A stretch of DNA of 64,000 nucleotides from Marsupella aquatica (Eukaryota > Plantae > Marchantiophyta). Of this stretch, positions 25,568 to 38,271 are shown piece after piece (positions within the stretch are counted from its first letter, which is position 1; each line of letters begins with the position of its first letter). A program made the translations under genes and the position numbers. The notes under the pieces are model-generated. The model was not told the DNA's origin. It searched no databases and was given only the letters and a program-made list of their open reading frames with translations. The DNA lies in contig OZ316897.1 of NCBI GenBank assembly GCA_973895155.1, forward strand, positions 18,572,457-18,636,456, in the 5' to 3' direction.

Positions 25568-26524
25568 TTTGTTATGATGGGATCTACAGTAGTTCTATGA
25601 GCAAAACGTTTTCTTTGAGCTTGCTGGTCCCCTGTCATCACTAGGGGCTCTCAACCTCAAAATTTGATGGACCTCAAGTTAGTAGTTAAGGTTAGTGGGG
25701 GAAATGCTTATGGACTAACAAATTCATAATCTACAGTGTTTTGCCATAAAATTGTGAACATAAGTCAATGTAGAGGCCAGTGAAAAAAATGGATTTGAGA
25801 GGCCTTACTTGCCCAACTTGTGCTGATATAGATAGTGATATGGATAGTAAGAGATGCTCAGTGGAAGAGATGCTCAGTGGAAGTGATGCCCAGCAAAAGT
25901 GAGATTGTCATAGTAAATGATGTTAAGTGGAAATGTTATCCAGTGGAAGGGACACACTGACTTTGAGCAAAGCAAAAGTGGTATGTTCATAGTAGTATGT
26001 GATGTAAGTGGAAGTGTTGTCAAGCCGAAGTGATCTTGAGCATGCGTGAGATGGTTTGGCAGTCAAATGCTGAGTCGGCAACTCAACCTGGCAACTGGAT
26101 TTCAAATAATGTGTGAGCTGTGGGGAGACTGATGGGTTGGGCATGGAAATGGTGCACAGGTTTTGGATCAACATGCCTATAGGAGCTCAAAGGAATGAGA
26201 GTTTAACTTTCACAACTTCTTGAAAAAAAAACAATATTGTTTCTTCGCCCATCATTTTAACATAAAGGAGTGTAGATCATGCTGCAAGGGGCTATTAATG
26301 TCCTAGTAACTAGAAGCTAATTCACTTTAACCCTGGAAAAGTTTTTCCTCTTACTATTTTTCATTTTTTTGCCTTGAATACCAAAAGCTAACCCATCCAA
26401 CACAGATTAGACCATCAACTTGAGCATTCACCTTTGTAGGGTAGCCCACAAGGGGGGTCATACGAGTGAGGGAGGGTTGGACCAGAGAGCAGACTAGCCA
26501 AGGGCTGAGGAGAATCCAGGACTG

Positions 26525-26640
26525 TCACCACTACACCCCACCACACACACACTCACCTTTCGCAACCCGTGCATGTGGAGGGGGGATTGAACCTGGGATC
26601 TCTGGGTTCTAGGTTCATCCCCGGGTGACCCATAGCCCTT
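26525..26640 (-). mobile_element. tRNA-derived SINE-like head (decayed)
   Basis: Minus-strand B-box-like GGTTCAATCCC at about 26584-26594; no intact cloverleaf. Confidence 0.35.
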
Positions 26641-28159
26641 ATAATACAATAATGCAGAGGTTGAGTTTCATTAGGAATGGGTTTAGGTTACACCTTTTAT
26701 GGTGAGTACATTTTACACCACCACAGGACAAGAATGACCAATAGGTTTATAGGAGGGTTATTATTTAATTTAATCTTGTTTAGGGAGAAAGAACTCCAAA
26801 AAAACTCCAAAGACACTACACGGAGAAAAACACTCAAAATCTTTGCTGGGGAGCGAATCATATCCAATAACCGCCCGACTCAACGAACGCTTGTTTGGCG
26901 GGAGTATCAAGTGGTCGTCACTGACTCATCATGCAACTTGCCCCACTGGCCGCCACCCCTACAGCAGCCGTCCGCGTGGCAGTCTGCCGTAGAATCCGAG
27001 CAAGGAACAATCATACAAGCCGTCCGATTAGAATCGACAGGATGTGCCCCTCCTTCGATGTGGGAGCAGTCCAGTCAAACCCTTTTACTGTGGACATTCA
27101 AGACGAATGTATTTTCTGGTGTAAATGTTTTTCAAACATGCCATTACAGCCGTCAGAGTTCCTAGGTTTAAGGGAACCGTCAGATTTGAGCAATAAATGC
27201 GTAAAAAAGAAGAAGTTTTTTGTACTCGTCGCTCAGGTTAGAATTTGGCGAAAATTGGCCAGCATTATTAAAAAGGCCGGTCCAGTCTGGTCCGCTGGGT
27301 CCAGAGGGCTGTTGCGGGTCTACCATTGTCACAATATTCTTGATCTAACGGCTGAGAAGCTTGAAGCAGTCATCATGCACGGGTTTGGACTGTCGGGAAC
27401 AACTCCGTACAGCACGGGGGAACAGACCCAATATGGTCTTTGGAGTAAAAAGGAGGAAACTAACATACCCGCTCTCAATTTCTTGCCTCCCACTCACGAC
27501 CGTAAACCACACCTTTTTTGTTTTCCTTTTTCTTTCTAAAATCGAGACCCAAAGTCTCATCAATAGACCTGATCCTAATTACACAGCATAGGGTATAGTG
27601 TGCTGCGTGATAAGGGTCCTCTGATTCAAAAACATTTCCAGACCATGATGATTGAGTGTGTTTTTCTACATACTTGGCTACAACATTTTAATGTGCAATT
27701 ATGAGGACACCGTCAATATCACCCAAGTCCCAAGAGGATAAAAGTCATTGAAACAAAAGAAACAAACGGCAAACTGCTGTTGGAGCAATCCCACGAAAGC
27801 ACGAAGCGCACAAGTGGTCAGGCCATTGCAGCCTGCCTCCCTCAACCTCTGAGTGCTACTTAGTTTTGCACAACAAGTTACCCTGAAACCTACTCTTCAA
27901 TAAATTCTACCATTTGTCCCCTGTTGTCCTGGGCTATCCCTCCCTCAGAGTACTTGAGCTTACTCTTACTTGAACAATCTTCAGTCCTATGTCTAGTGTT
28001 AAACGGTTTCTTGTTGCTTAACAATCCAGCGCTAATTAGAGACTGAAAATCTGCTGGTGTGGTCGCCACTAATATCCTCTCCCTGGATGTAAATGTATGT
28101 TGTTCTCTCTGGACCTGGTTTGCTTACTTTGTGTGGCTCTTTCTAATAAATTGGTCCTT

Positions 28160-29520
28160 TTTGCTGAGAAAAAACAAAGGGAAAAGATTCCCCAAACAAG
28201 TTCACTCGTTCAAAAGATTATATTGCAGGAAACTAATAAACATTAACTACAGTAGAACAATTACCCAATCCTTAGTGTCTATGTAGTTTGCAAATTAATA
28301 TGCAGTCTATTGAGGGTGTCCAAGTTCTGTAGGATTTGGACACCAAGGATGCGCTCCATTGTCACCCAAAGGAAAAACAGAGAAAAAATAAAATCTCCCA
28401 ACAACTTCTTTTGCTCGCAAGATTTGGAATTTCATGAAGCATTAAAAATCCACTGGAACAAATTACCCAATCCATCGTGGCCATCTATTTTGCAAATTAA
28501 TATGCACTCTATTGAGGGTCTTCAAGTTCTGTAGGATTTGGTCCAATTCTCCAACGAGAAAGAAAACTCAAAATCTCCCCACAACTTCATTTGTTTACAA
28601 GATTCTGAATGTCATGACGTTATTAAAGATTCACTTGAACAAATTACCCAATCCGTTGTACCCATGTTATTTTGCAAATTAATTTGCAGTTAATCGGGGG
28701 TCTCCAAGTTCTGGAGGACTTGGTCATTTTCACCCACAGCAAAATCAAAGGAAAAAATTTCTCAACAACTTCATTCGTTCACAAGATTCAGAATTTCAGG
28801 ACCCTATTAGAGATTCACTCCAGCAGATTAATTGGTCCTTTTCACCCAAAGCAAAACAACAAAGGCTAAAAGATCGCCCGACAAGTTTCCTTGGTGCACA
28901 AGGTTCGGAATTTCTGGACCGCATTAAAGGTTCACTCCAACAAATTAATTGGTCCATTTCACCCAAAGCAAAAACAAGGGCTAAAAGATCGCCCAACAAG
29001 TTTCGTTCGTGCACAAGGTTCGGAATTTCAGGACCCTGTTAAAGATTCACTCCAACCAATTAATTGGTCCTTTTCACCCAAAGCAAACAACAAAGGCTAA
29101 AAGATCGCCCAACAAGTATCATTCGTGCACAAGGTTCGGCATTTCAGGACCCTATTAAAGGTTCAGTCCAACAAATTAATTGGTCCATTTGACCCAAAGC
29201 AAAAAACAAAGGCCAAAAGATCGCCCAACAAGTTTCATTCGTTCTCACAAGGTTCGGAATTTCAGGACCCTATTAAAGGTTCAACAAATTAATTGGTCCA
29301 TTTCACCCAAAGCAAAAGCAAAGTCTAAAAAATGGCCCAACAAGTTTCATTCGTGCACAAGGTTCGGAATTTCAGGACCCTATTAAAGGTTCAGTCCAAC
29401 AAATTAATTGGTCCCTTTCACCCAAAGCAAAAAAGCAAAGGCTAAAAGATCGCCCAAAAAGTTTTCATTCGTTCTCGCAAGGTTCGGAATTTCAGGACCC
29501 TCATGAAGATTCACTCTCGA
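28160..29520 (+). repeat. Tandem array: 7 homogeneous ~117-bp units (28770-29520) preceded by degenerate ~180-205-bp units
   Basis: CAAGGTTCGGAATTTCAGGACCC anchor at about 28782, 28899, 29014, 29129, 29248, 29358 and 29478; older variants at about 28418 and 28598. Confidence 0.92.
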
Positions 29521-31453
29521 GCAAACAACCCAATCCGTGGTTTCCAATTCGGGAGACTCCAGGCTCTGCAGGATTCCCTCTTTTCCTGGTTCCCAAGGGA
29601 TTCTGTGCCGGCGGTGCGGAGCTGTGGACCCACCTGGAGATGCAACTTTCGCGATGCTCCAAGGTCTGGAATTCGTCGAGAACGCTCTCCCCTCCTCCTT
29701 ACGTTGCCGTGTTCTTCTCCTCGGCGTGTTGCGTCTGATGCCCGAACGTCTGACTCCTCAGGAGACACAGGTTTTGTGTGCGGAGGAGAGGAATTCAGTG
29801 GAATGACGGTCTAGTGGTTGTGCTCTGGACGCCATCGTTCCACTCCCAGGTCGTCATTGCACGGCGGATCCCCCTCCCCCTGTGAGTCTGAGTCTGAGTC
29901 TGACTTTGAGTTTGAGTTTGAGTCGGAGTCTTGCTCTGTTTCCTTTCCAGCACGCTTCCCGATTGATTGCTGCCTCTGCAAAAATCAGCCTCGTTGCTTT
30001 CTGCTGAAGAAGCCCAGGGATTCTGTTTTGCAACTTGGTTGAGATTCGTGGTGGGACGCGTTTCTACGGCAGTGAAATCGAATCTGCGTGACGACGGGGT
30101 GTGAGTTGTGGCGGAGTATGAGCTGAGGTAGCTGGGAAGGGTTGGCGAGAGGAATTCGTCTCTGGGCTCGGGATTGGGGAGGGAGAGAGACCATGGAGGT
30201 CTAGAGCCGGCCGCATTCGCCCTGTTGTGTGGCAGGATCGCGGTGGGTGGAATTAGGACGCAGTCGAGAGGTGGGCTTGTCCAGCAGTCTCCAAGGATTG
30301 ATTGATTGAAGGTTGGTTCGCTGTGTTTTCTACATCTCATGCAATCGTGGGTCGTTCTGGGTCGTTCTGGCCGTTTCCCCTGTAGTCCCTTCTCTTGCGA
30401 GGATTCGGGAATGAAACCGGAAAACGAGCTGTAAAGAATACAATTAAGAAAAAACGGGGTTCTTTCAGTGGGGAGACTTGTTGAAAGCCTTGCGAAGCAT
30501 AACTCCTCTCTTGTCTCCAAACTGGGGAGCGAGAAAGAGAATGGAGGTGTAGAGCGAGCCACATGCGGGCAATTTCGTGGCAGAGTGCTATTTGAAGATT
30601 TTTTCGGTGTGAAAAAAGTTCTTCCAGCAGTGAGCTTGTTGAGAAGCCTGCCAGAGCAGTTTGCCTACCTGTGTCTCTTCTCTGGGACAAATTGGGGGAG
30701 GCAATCCAAAACACAAGCTCTGATAAACGTCGCTAAGAACTTGGCTTTTGCTGTAGGTGGCAGTACTCCTGTAACGCATAGAGAATCAAAGAACGGATGG
30801 ACGAGGTGTTGTGCTGTTGTGTATAGAGTTCTTCAGTTGCCATCAATAGAAGAGATAGAGACTGGTGTGTTGCGAAGGTTGTAGCTATCTGAAATTACAG
30901 CATCTTCGTGCCGAGAGCTGACACTCTAGTGAAGTTCTCTTTGAATTTCATCGCATGCCCTCGGGCAAGCATCGTCCCAGCATTTCGTCCTTGAAATTGG
31001 ATCAAACCTTCTTCCAGCCGTCAAATTGTGAGCAACAGCCAGTTATGGGAGTTACCGAGAGTCAAAGAAATTCGAATTTAGCCACTGTCTGCCATAAGCT
31101 CTAATCGAATTACAGACAATTCACTTCTTCAAAGTCTCATAGTAAGTCACCCTCAACAATTCTTAATGCGGACGTCAGAATTAGTTAGAACGATTCACTT
31201 TTCGAGGCTTGTGGATCTATCTCACTCGGAACGTCATTGGCAACCCCAACGGCTTCCTCCCACATGCTTATACTTGCCTTGATGTTCGACGGGTCCTAAG
31301 GACCTGGGAGATGGCTCCTTGGTCGAAATTGCGGAAGGCGACCGTTTGTATTATTGTTTTTCCAATCCAGCGGGACCCCATTTGTACTGAAAGTAGGAGA
31401 CGAGCAATCTGTGTCTCATTCATAATACTGGCGTTTGTTTCAGGCTTGCAGCC

Positions 31454-34400
31454 ATGGAGGCCCTCACTCTTGGCTCTAAGGTGGTGTCCTCCGTGAAGGG
31501 TCAAGTGAAGGACGCTATCCACACATCTCCGGCAACACAAAATAGTACGCAGAGTGTGAAATGGGGGCCTGCAAGCAATGACAGAAGGGCAAAATTGTCC
31601 TTTAGCAGGTCCAATATCGTCAATGCGGGGATGCCATCATTAACAGGCAAGGCACTACTTCACAGATTTTCGAGGACGCCTTCGATAACCCCTCAAGTAG
31701 TGATCTCTTTCATGAACAGAGATAGTAAGCCGTGGAGTGGGAGGGAAGGTGGTGTATATGGAGAAGGAAAGGAGGGCGATCTCATTTCCAGATTTGCGAA
31801 AGCTGCTTCGTGCGCCGTGGCAGCTGGTGTGCTAATTTTCCACACAGGTCTACCTGCTTGGGCAGATGAGATGAGAGTCACCTTTCCAGCTTCTAAGATT
31901 AGTGAGGTGAGTTTTCAACTTGGATCCTCCTGAAGATACCTCTGCTTGAGTTTGTTTCAATTTTATTCGATTTCATCGTCCGCCACCATCCAATGTGCAT
32001 TCCCTCCTTGTGAGAAGAACAAATCTGCCTTGGAAGCTCAGCTGGAAAGATAATAAATGCCGGGATCACGTTTAAAAAATGACTATGATCCCACTTCAAC
32101 AAGAAGAAGCTATAGTAGCAGTGACAATTAGTACAAGTTATCATCGACTGTTGCAACTGTATTTCAACGACCAATACAGGGGAACCATTTGGGTGGTGAA
32201 AATTGCCGATGTTTTTCGATAGAAAGCCGCGAGTGGTGAAAATGGGAGCTAAAGCTTGTGGAGTTGCGATACAATGCGTTTTGTGATCTCCAAATTTCAT
32301 CGTCTTTGGAAGAATCCTCAAAGGATATACTACTGGTGTTCCAGTTGAAAAAGCGGTGACTCATATCTTATGGACGTCCATGTTGTGCCTAGTTGAATGC
32401 TCAGAGTAGGATGAACGGCATATGCATTTAGGGCCTATCTCGAGGTCCAGAATTTTCAATTTTGGCAGCATATGCCATCAGGCGTTCATTTGGTGAACCC
32501 GGGGACCGAATTGGCGTTCCTTACATGTAGATCTATATTTGACTGGAGGCTCGCGAATAGCCGGCCCAGATTTCTTTTCACTGAGTTGTGACGAAGGACG
32601 TCACACTGTTGGTAGGGTTAGCGAATGTCAGTGCTGTTCATATAAATTCTCGGTTCACACTCTGGACGTGATGTGATACATACGAATGACGATGGCTGGG
32701 CTTGTGGGTTAGGTGAGTACTGCTCAACGAACTCTGGTGGAAGCATGGGGCATTGTTCGGGAAACGTACGTGGATTCGTCTTTCAACAATCAGGATTGGG
32801 ACAAAATGCTACAAGACTCTTTGGTTGACACATTGTCACTGACGAAATCAGAGGATGCTTATGCGAAGATTCGGGCAATGCTTGCATCTCTAGAAGACCC
32901 CTTCACACGGATCGTTACTCCGCAGGTAAGATAATGCCCTTCACCGGTGACCTCCGCAGACTTAAGTGAGGCAGAAAGATGACATGAATTCGAGTGAAAT
33001 TTTGGATGCTTATTCCAACGAATTGCAGACAGCTCAGGAATGCTCAAATCTTTGCACCTGTGCATCATCGCGGGAATTTTTTTTCATGTACGATTCAGGA
33101 GTACGAGAGCTTTCGGATCAACAATGATGGAGCATTGGAGGGTGTCGGCCTGCTTATTGCCTCTGAGCGAGAGACTGGCCGCTTGGTAAGTTCTGTCTTT
33201 TATTGTAAGTAGAGAACCCGAAGGGTAATGCGTTTCAGGATTTCTCCTTAGCTGCCCATAGTGTTGTTGTCTAAGTGACCTCCTTTTGAGCGGTTCTCCA
33301 CGCCAGAAATTTTGAGATACCAGTTCCTCTCTGAATCCATCGACGATGCTGGTTCTTTCACAGCATGTATTTCATGGCTTTATATCTTATGGCCAAGGTG
33401 CACTTGCCCGTGCGTTGTCCCCTTGACTTCTGCAGATTGTGATGTCCCCAATTGAAGGTGGCCCTGCTGATCGTGCTGGAATCATCCCTGGTGATGAACT
33501 CGTGCAAATTGACGGTTAGTGGATCGATCGTGTCCTTCACTAGATGGGTCCCCGTTCTACAAAAGTCGTATCTTACAGAACAATGTTTATGTTTAGGTGT
33601 AACAGTACCACATTTGTGCTTGACAGATCAAGTCCTCACCGGATTAAATGGTGACGAGGTAGCCACGAGGCTGCGTGGACGTGCTGGAACGTCTGTCACC
33701 CTCAAGTTACGTCGAAACGTATGTTGATGAAAGGATTACTCTCTCCCTTTTGCTGCACAATCTCCTAAAGCAAGTCTGAGTAAAAACTTTTCTTAATTCT
33801 TTCGTTCTAGATTATTCCGCCGGGAAGATCCAAGAGTCTCGGGACTGTGAACGCTGACGAATCGGAATTTGTGGTGTGGATGCAGATGATTGAAGAGGGT
33901 GCTCCGAATGGAGAACCTATTGAGGTACTAAGTCATCATTTATACTCCAGCTGCACGAGTAGACATATTTCTCACGAGAACTGATTGGAGGAATTAAAGC
34001 AAGAACGAGAGAATGGGATAAACCGCATCCTCATGAGGGTCGTTTCATCACTTTTGCCAGGTCCAGAATGCAGAGGAACATTTAGGGCCGAGTTCCATCT
34101 CACTATGTTAAGGTCCTTCTGTTCCTCGTGTAAAACTTTTCCTGAACTGGTGGATTGTTGTTACTTTCAGTTCAAGCTGCAGAGGGAAACGATATCACTG
34201 TCACCTGTTTACAGTACAGTCCTGGCACATCCTGCGCCTGACGGGCGCATGATGAAGACAGGCTATATCCGTCTATCAGCATTCTCCCAGGTTCGCATCG
34301 ATGTCCTCTGTATAGGTTAGACGAGCTTGCCATCAACGAGGTAGGAGGACAAGTTCACGTGGGGAGAAAGTAGCAAGTCCCTTATATGGATGCAAGCGTG

Positions 34401-35972
34401 AGGTAGCTGAGGGTGACCAAGGTAGAGTTTATTCGTTTTCTCGGCTCCTCGTGCGGACAAGACAGAAGGATCGTTCATCTGTTAGTTAACGTTGGGCCTA
34501 TGATTGGTTTAATTGATGTGGTCAACACTTTCATCAGAATGCGGCTCGAGAGGTTGCACGGGCTATCTCATCACTCAAGAATGAAGGCGTTGGATCATAC
34601 ATCTTGGACCTTCGAAATAATCCAGTAGGTCTACTCCCTTCTTCTGAATTATGATATATTACAGTAGTTCATGGGTCAGGTGGAGAGCTAGCCTGTCTTA
34701 CAGACACTCCCTTCGAAGTCAGGTGGTATCCTCATTCTTGTTTCCCAATTTACATCGGTAAAAGAGGAATCGAAAGCTGTTCTAGTAGGAGCGAAGGGGA
34801 TCTGGGATGGGACATCTGTGGACTCGTAATCTGTTTAATCAAGGTAGTTGCCAATGAATCTAGATGCTTCTCTTTGCAGGGAGGACTGGTTAAAGCTGGC
34901 TTGGACGTGGCGCAAATGTGGCTGGATGGAAACGAAGTTTTAGTGAACACCATTGATAGGGAGGGTTACACACAACCCGTTACCCTTGTCAATGGCCATT
35001 CTCTTACAAAGGATCCTCTTGTTGTATTGGTTAGTGCTCTGAACTTGTCGAATTCCATGTCAAGCTATAAGTTCCTCTTTTAAGTTTTTTCTCACCATTC
35101 AAGTAGGACGCGCTTTGTTTACAATTGGAGTCGCGATTTCATCCTGACAGTGAAACTGATACTTTGTAATTTGGTTCAGGTGAACGAAGGTAGCGCTAGT
35201 GCGAGTGAGATCCTGGCCGGGGCTTTGCATGATAATGGGCGTGCAGTTCTCGTGGGGGAAAAGACTTATGGCAAAGGGAAGATTCAGGTAACGATCATTT
35301 GGGAACAAAGCTCCTTGAAGTTTTGATCTTATCCCAATTTCATGCTTTTCTGTTTTTGTGTTTGCTGTTTTTTGTTGTTGTGGGGGCGGGGCGTGTTAGG
35401 GTAGTGGGCAAGGGCTTGGTTTCCGTCAAGAGGACTCACAGCAAAGGTCTCAACATACTGAAACAAGCTATGTGATCGAAGAAACGATATCGCGAAGACA
35501 TACAGTTTTATTGTCTTAACAATCCCCTGAAAGAAAAGTACATCTAGCAGTTGGATCTCCGGTTTGCTATTTTCGCTTTGTGATTCGATTGTCTAGAAAG
35601 CCTACAGGGTGTACGTTTACATAAGCAACCGAATGAGATAGGCGGGTTGGGACCTCAATGTATTCTGATGTTCTGTGGTCGTGTTAACTACTGCAGAGTG
35701 TAACGGAGTTGACTGACGGATCAGCCCTATTCGTAACAGTGGCCAAGTATCTCTCTCCCAGCCTTCACCAAATTGATCATGTGGGGATTGCCCCTGATTT
35801 GAAATGTAGTCCCGAGGACTTGCCCAGCTTTTTGGAGCAACAAGGTACCCAGCCAGCTGAGAACGAGCCCGAGGAATTCACCTCTGTGGAACAGCAGGGT
35901 ATCCGCCGGCTTCAGGGTGACTCATGTATCATGGTCGCTGAACAGGAATTGGACAAGACCATCAGTAGCTGA
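31454..35972 (+). CDS. CTPA3: Plastid C-terminal processing peptidase (S41, CtpA family), about 11 exons
   Basis: Transit-like N-terminus; EAWGIV; LEDPFTR; PDZ region [14 protein letters not shown]; [10 protein letters not shown]; LDLRNNP|GGLV; catalytic [10 protein letters not shown] and GKGKIQ. Exons begin at about 31454, 32713, 33099, 33436, 33627, 33886, 34171, 34538, 34879, 35180, 35697. Paralog assignment is from my memory of the Arabidopsis family. Confidence 0.92.
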
Positions 35973-38271
35973 CATTGAACGACTTTTCCAACATAAATTT
36001 ATTTGCCATTGTACACTAGCACTATACTGGTCGCTACTGAATCAGCACGAGGAGTCGAAGGGGACCCATTCATGCTCCATGTGCAAGGAAGGGAGAAGAT
36101 CCAAGGTGAACAGTATTGTTACAGAATTCTCCCTGGAAAAATGCCACTGTATAATAGAGTCAGGTTCACTTTGTAATTAATTGGTCAAGTTTGATTGTTC
36201 TCTTCCTGAATTTGTCGACGGAACTTTAGTAGATTAGTATCACTTGGTCTAAGACGGATGGTTGCCTCTACCATCTTCTTTGAAAGGGAAGCAGTATTCA
36301 TCAATTCTTCATATTATTCTTTAGGTCAGACGGCCCAGGGAGTGGATTTCACGAACTGATTTTCCGAGATTAACCGCTAGTTTCCTCTGACTTCTAACAG
36401 AGTACCATTGTTGTACATTCTCGATTGTTTGAACAATTCAAGACACTTCTCTTGCTTCCTCTACATTTGTTAATTATTAGTATCTTAGCTTGTAGGGGAA
36501 GTGCTCCTGTAATCTAGGTAGGTGCAGATGAATTCGGCTTCTCCTCTGATTTTATTTTCACAGCTGGGCTCCTGTATTGTAATTGAAGGTGTGCACTATT
36601 TTCATTGTAACTACAGTACTTATCTTCCACTGCTTCGCCAGTTAAATTGTCTTACTACTGCCTTGTACACTGTTTTTTCTCACGCATCTGTGTTTTCGTT
36701 AGGATGCTCTTTACTATGATTGCTTGAAAGATGTCTGAGCTTTATGGTACGCTCTTATCCATGAATTTTCTCGTCTACTGGTGTCCTATGCTATTTCTCG
36801 CACAAACTGGATTAGTTTTGCTTTGATGATTGGAAAATACTTTTAGCGAGCATGCCGTGTTGCATTTGATGATTGGTTCACTGCAGCTGACCTATGCAAA
36901 AACCTTGGCGTCTTAGCAAATAGCTTCAAGTCTGGCGCATTAAGTGAATTATTTACATCTTTGGTGTGTCTCCCGATGCAGTGCAACACTGATTACCAAG
37001 TCAGACATCTCGATTAAATTCTTTGCAGAATTTTTTTGTTTCAGACAGGATTGCTTTAGATATCGCTCAACACATTTGAAAACACTGGCTAGATCTTTCA
37101 CTCAGATCTTATTCGTTAAGCTCTCCAGAAGGAAGCTTAACCAGCTAAGCGAGCTATTTTATCGGGAATCCTATGCACAAAAACAAATTGAAGCTAGTGC
37201 TTTAGGAATTTCATAAAGCTAAGTAAGATGGCTCGTTACTTCAGCACAATACGGTTACAATGTTAAGCTGGAGTCATAGGTTCGCAAGGGTATCTCATCT
37301 GAGCCTGCCATGGCAGTGACTGCTAAGTTCCGCATCACATGCATAAATAACTTCCGAAAACAAGACTCTCAACTCCTGTTGCCACCGAAGATCTGCGGAG
37401 GTTTCATCCAAGAATTTGTTTCTTGGAAGCACTTGGAAAAAACCTAACCATAAAATTTCATCAGATGGGTGTACGCTCCAGGCATAAGTTACACTACATC
37501 CTTGAATTGCAATCAAAAAATGAAGCGCATCAGCTGAATGATCATCTCTTCAAACCGTTCGGAGGATGTGAGGGTTATCTCCAAGATTTGTGTGACTTTG
37601 GCTACCTTTCGAATTGGTGTTTTCCTTCATGCGCTTGCTAGAGATATACAACAATCCCGTTTCCTGACAATTTGGGTGCCGTGTACATTACCAGTAGCAA
37701 TCTAACTGATAAAGCGTAATCAAAGCCACTCCTTTGGGCCTCCTGTCCAGAGTGAAGCCTCTACTCCTGGGCCTACTGTCCAGAGTGAGGCGTCTAGATG
37801 TGACTCTAGGTGAGGTTGCAGTGAAAGTGAGGGTGCAGACAAGAAACAGGGATGGGAGCAAAGTTGAACAAGAAGTAGCATTAATTCGTTCTTTGTGCGA
37901 GGTTTATTTTCTCCTCATTTCTCTTTGCGTTCAAGGAACGGGCAATCAGACCAGTACTCTACAATCCACACACGAAAACCAGCACTTCAGGTAGACGTTG
38001 GCTTCCATTCAGGTGCAATGGCTCTAGATCAAGGATTTTAGATAACTCCGGAGAAACGTACAAGCCCACTCTGCCAGCCACAAAGGATCTGGTAACACGG
38101 AAGTGGCACATGATTGGCGAGATGGTGATCCTGAACCACCTAAAAATATATTTAACGCGATAATGACGCGTACGGAAATCAGCACTCGTAGAATCACAAA
38201 CAACTTGCATCGATTATACATCCTTCCCGCAGTCAAGGCACTATCGACCCAGTCCCATACACGAGGATTTT

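Larger units (their letters stand above)
13139..25749. repeat. Inverted segmental duplication: arms about 13139-17110 and 22306-25749, spacer about 5.2 kb
   Basis: Reverse-complement homology through promoter, all exons, introns and 3' flank of the two UGT genes. Confidence 0.95.

Noticed and set aside
26814-27600. CACTA transposon starting CACTACAC and its 162/202-aa ORFs
   Set aside because: No matching right TIR or TSD found, and the ORFs lack transposase motifs
28770-29520. Array as CRISPR or as coding repeats
   Set aside because: Whole units repeat with no unique spacers; the ORFs are short and frameshifted
29795-30562. 255-aa minus-strand ORF
   Set aside because: Low-complexity, microsatellite-derived translation with no recognisable domain; antisense to the likely CtpA leader
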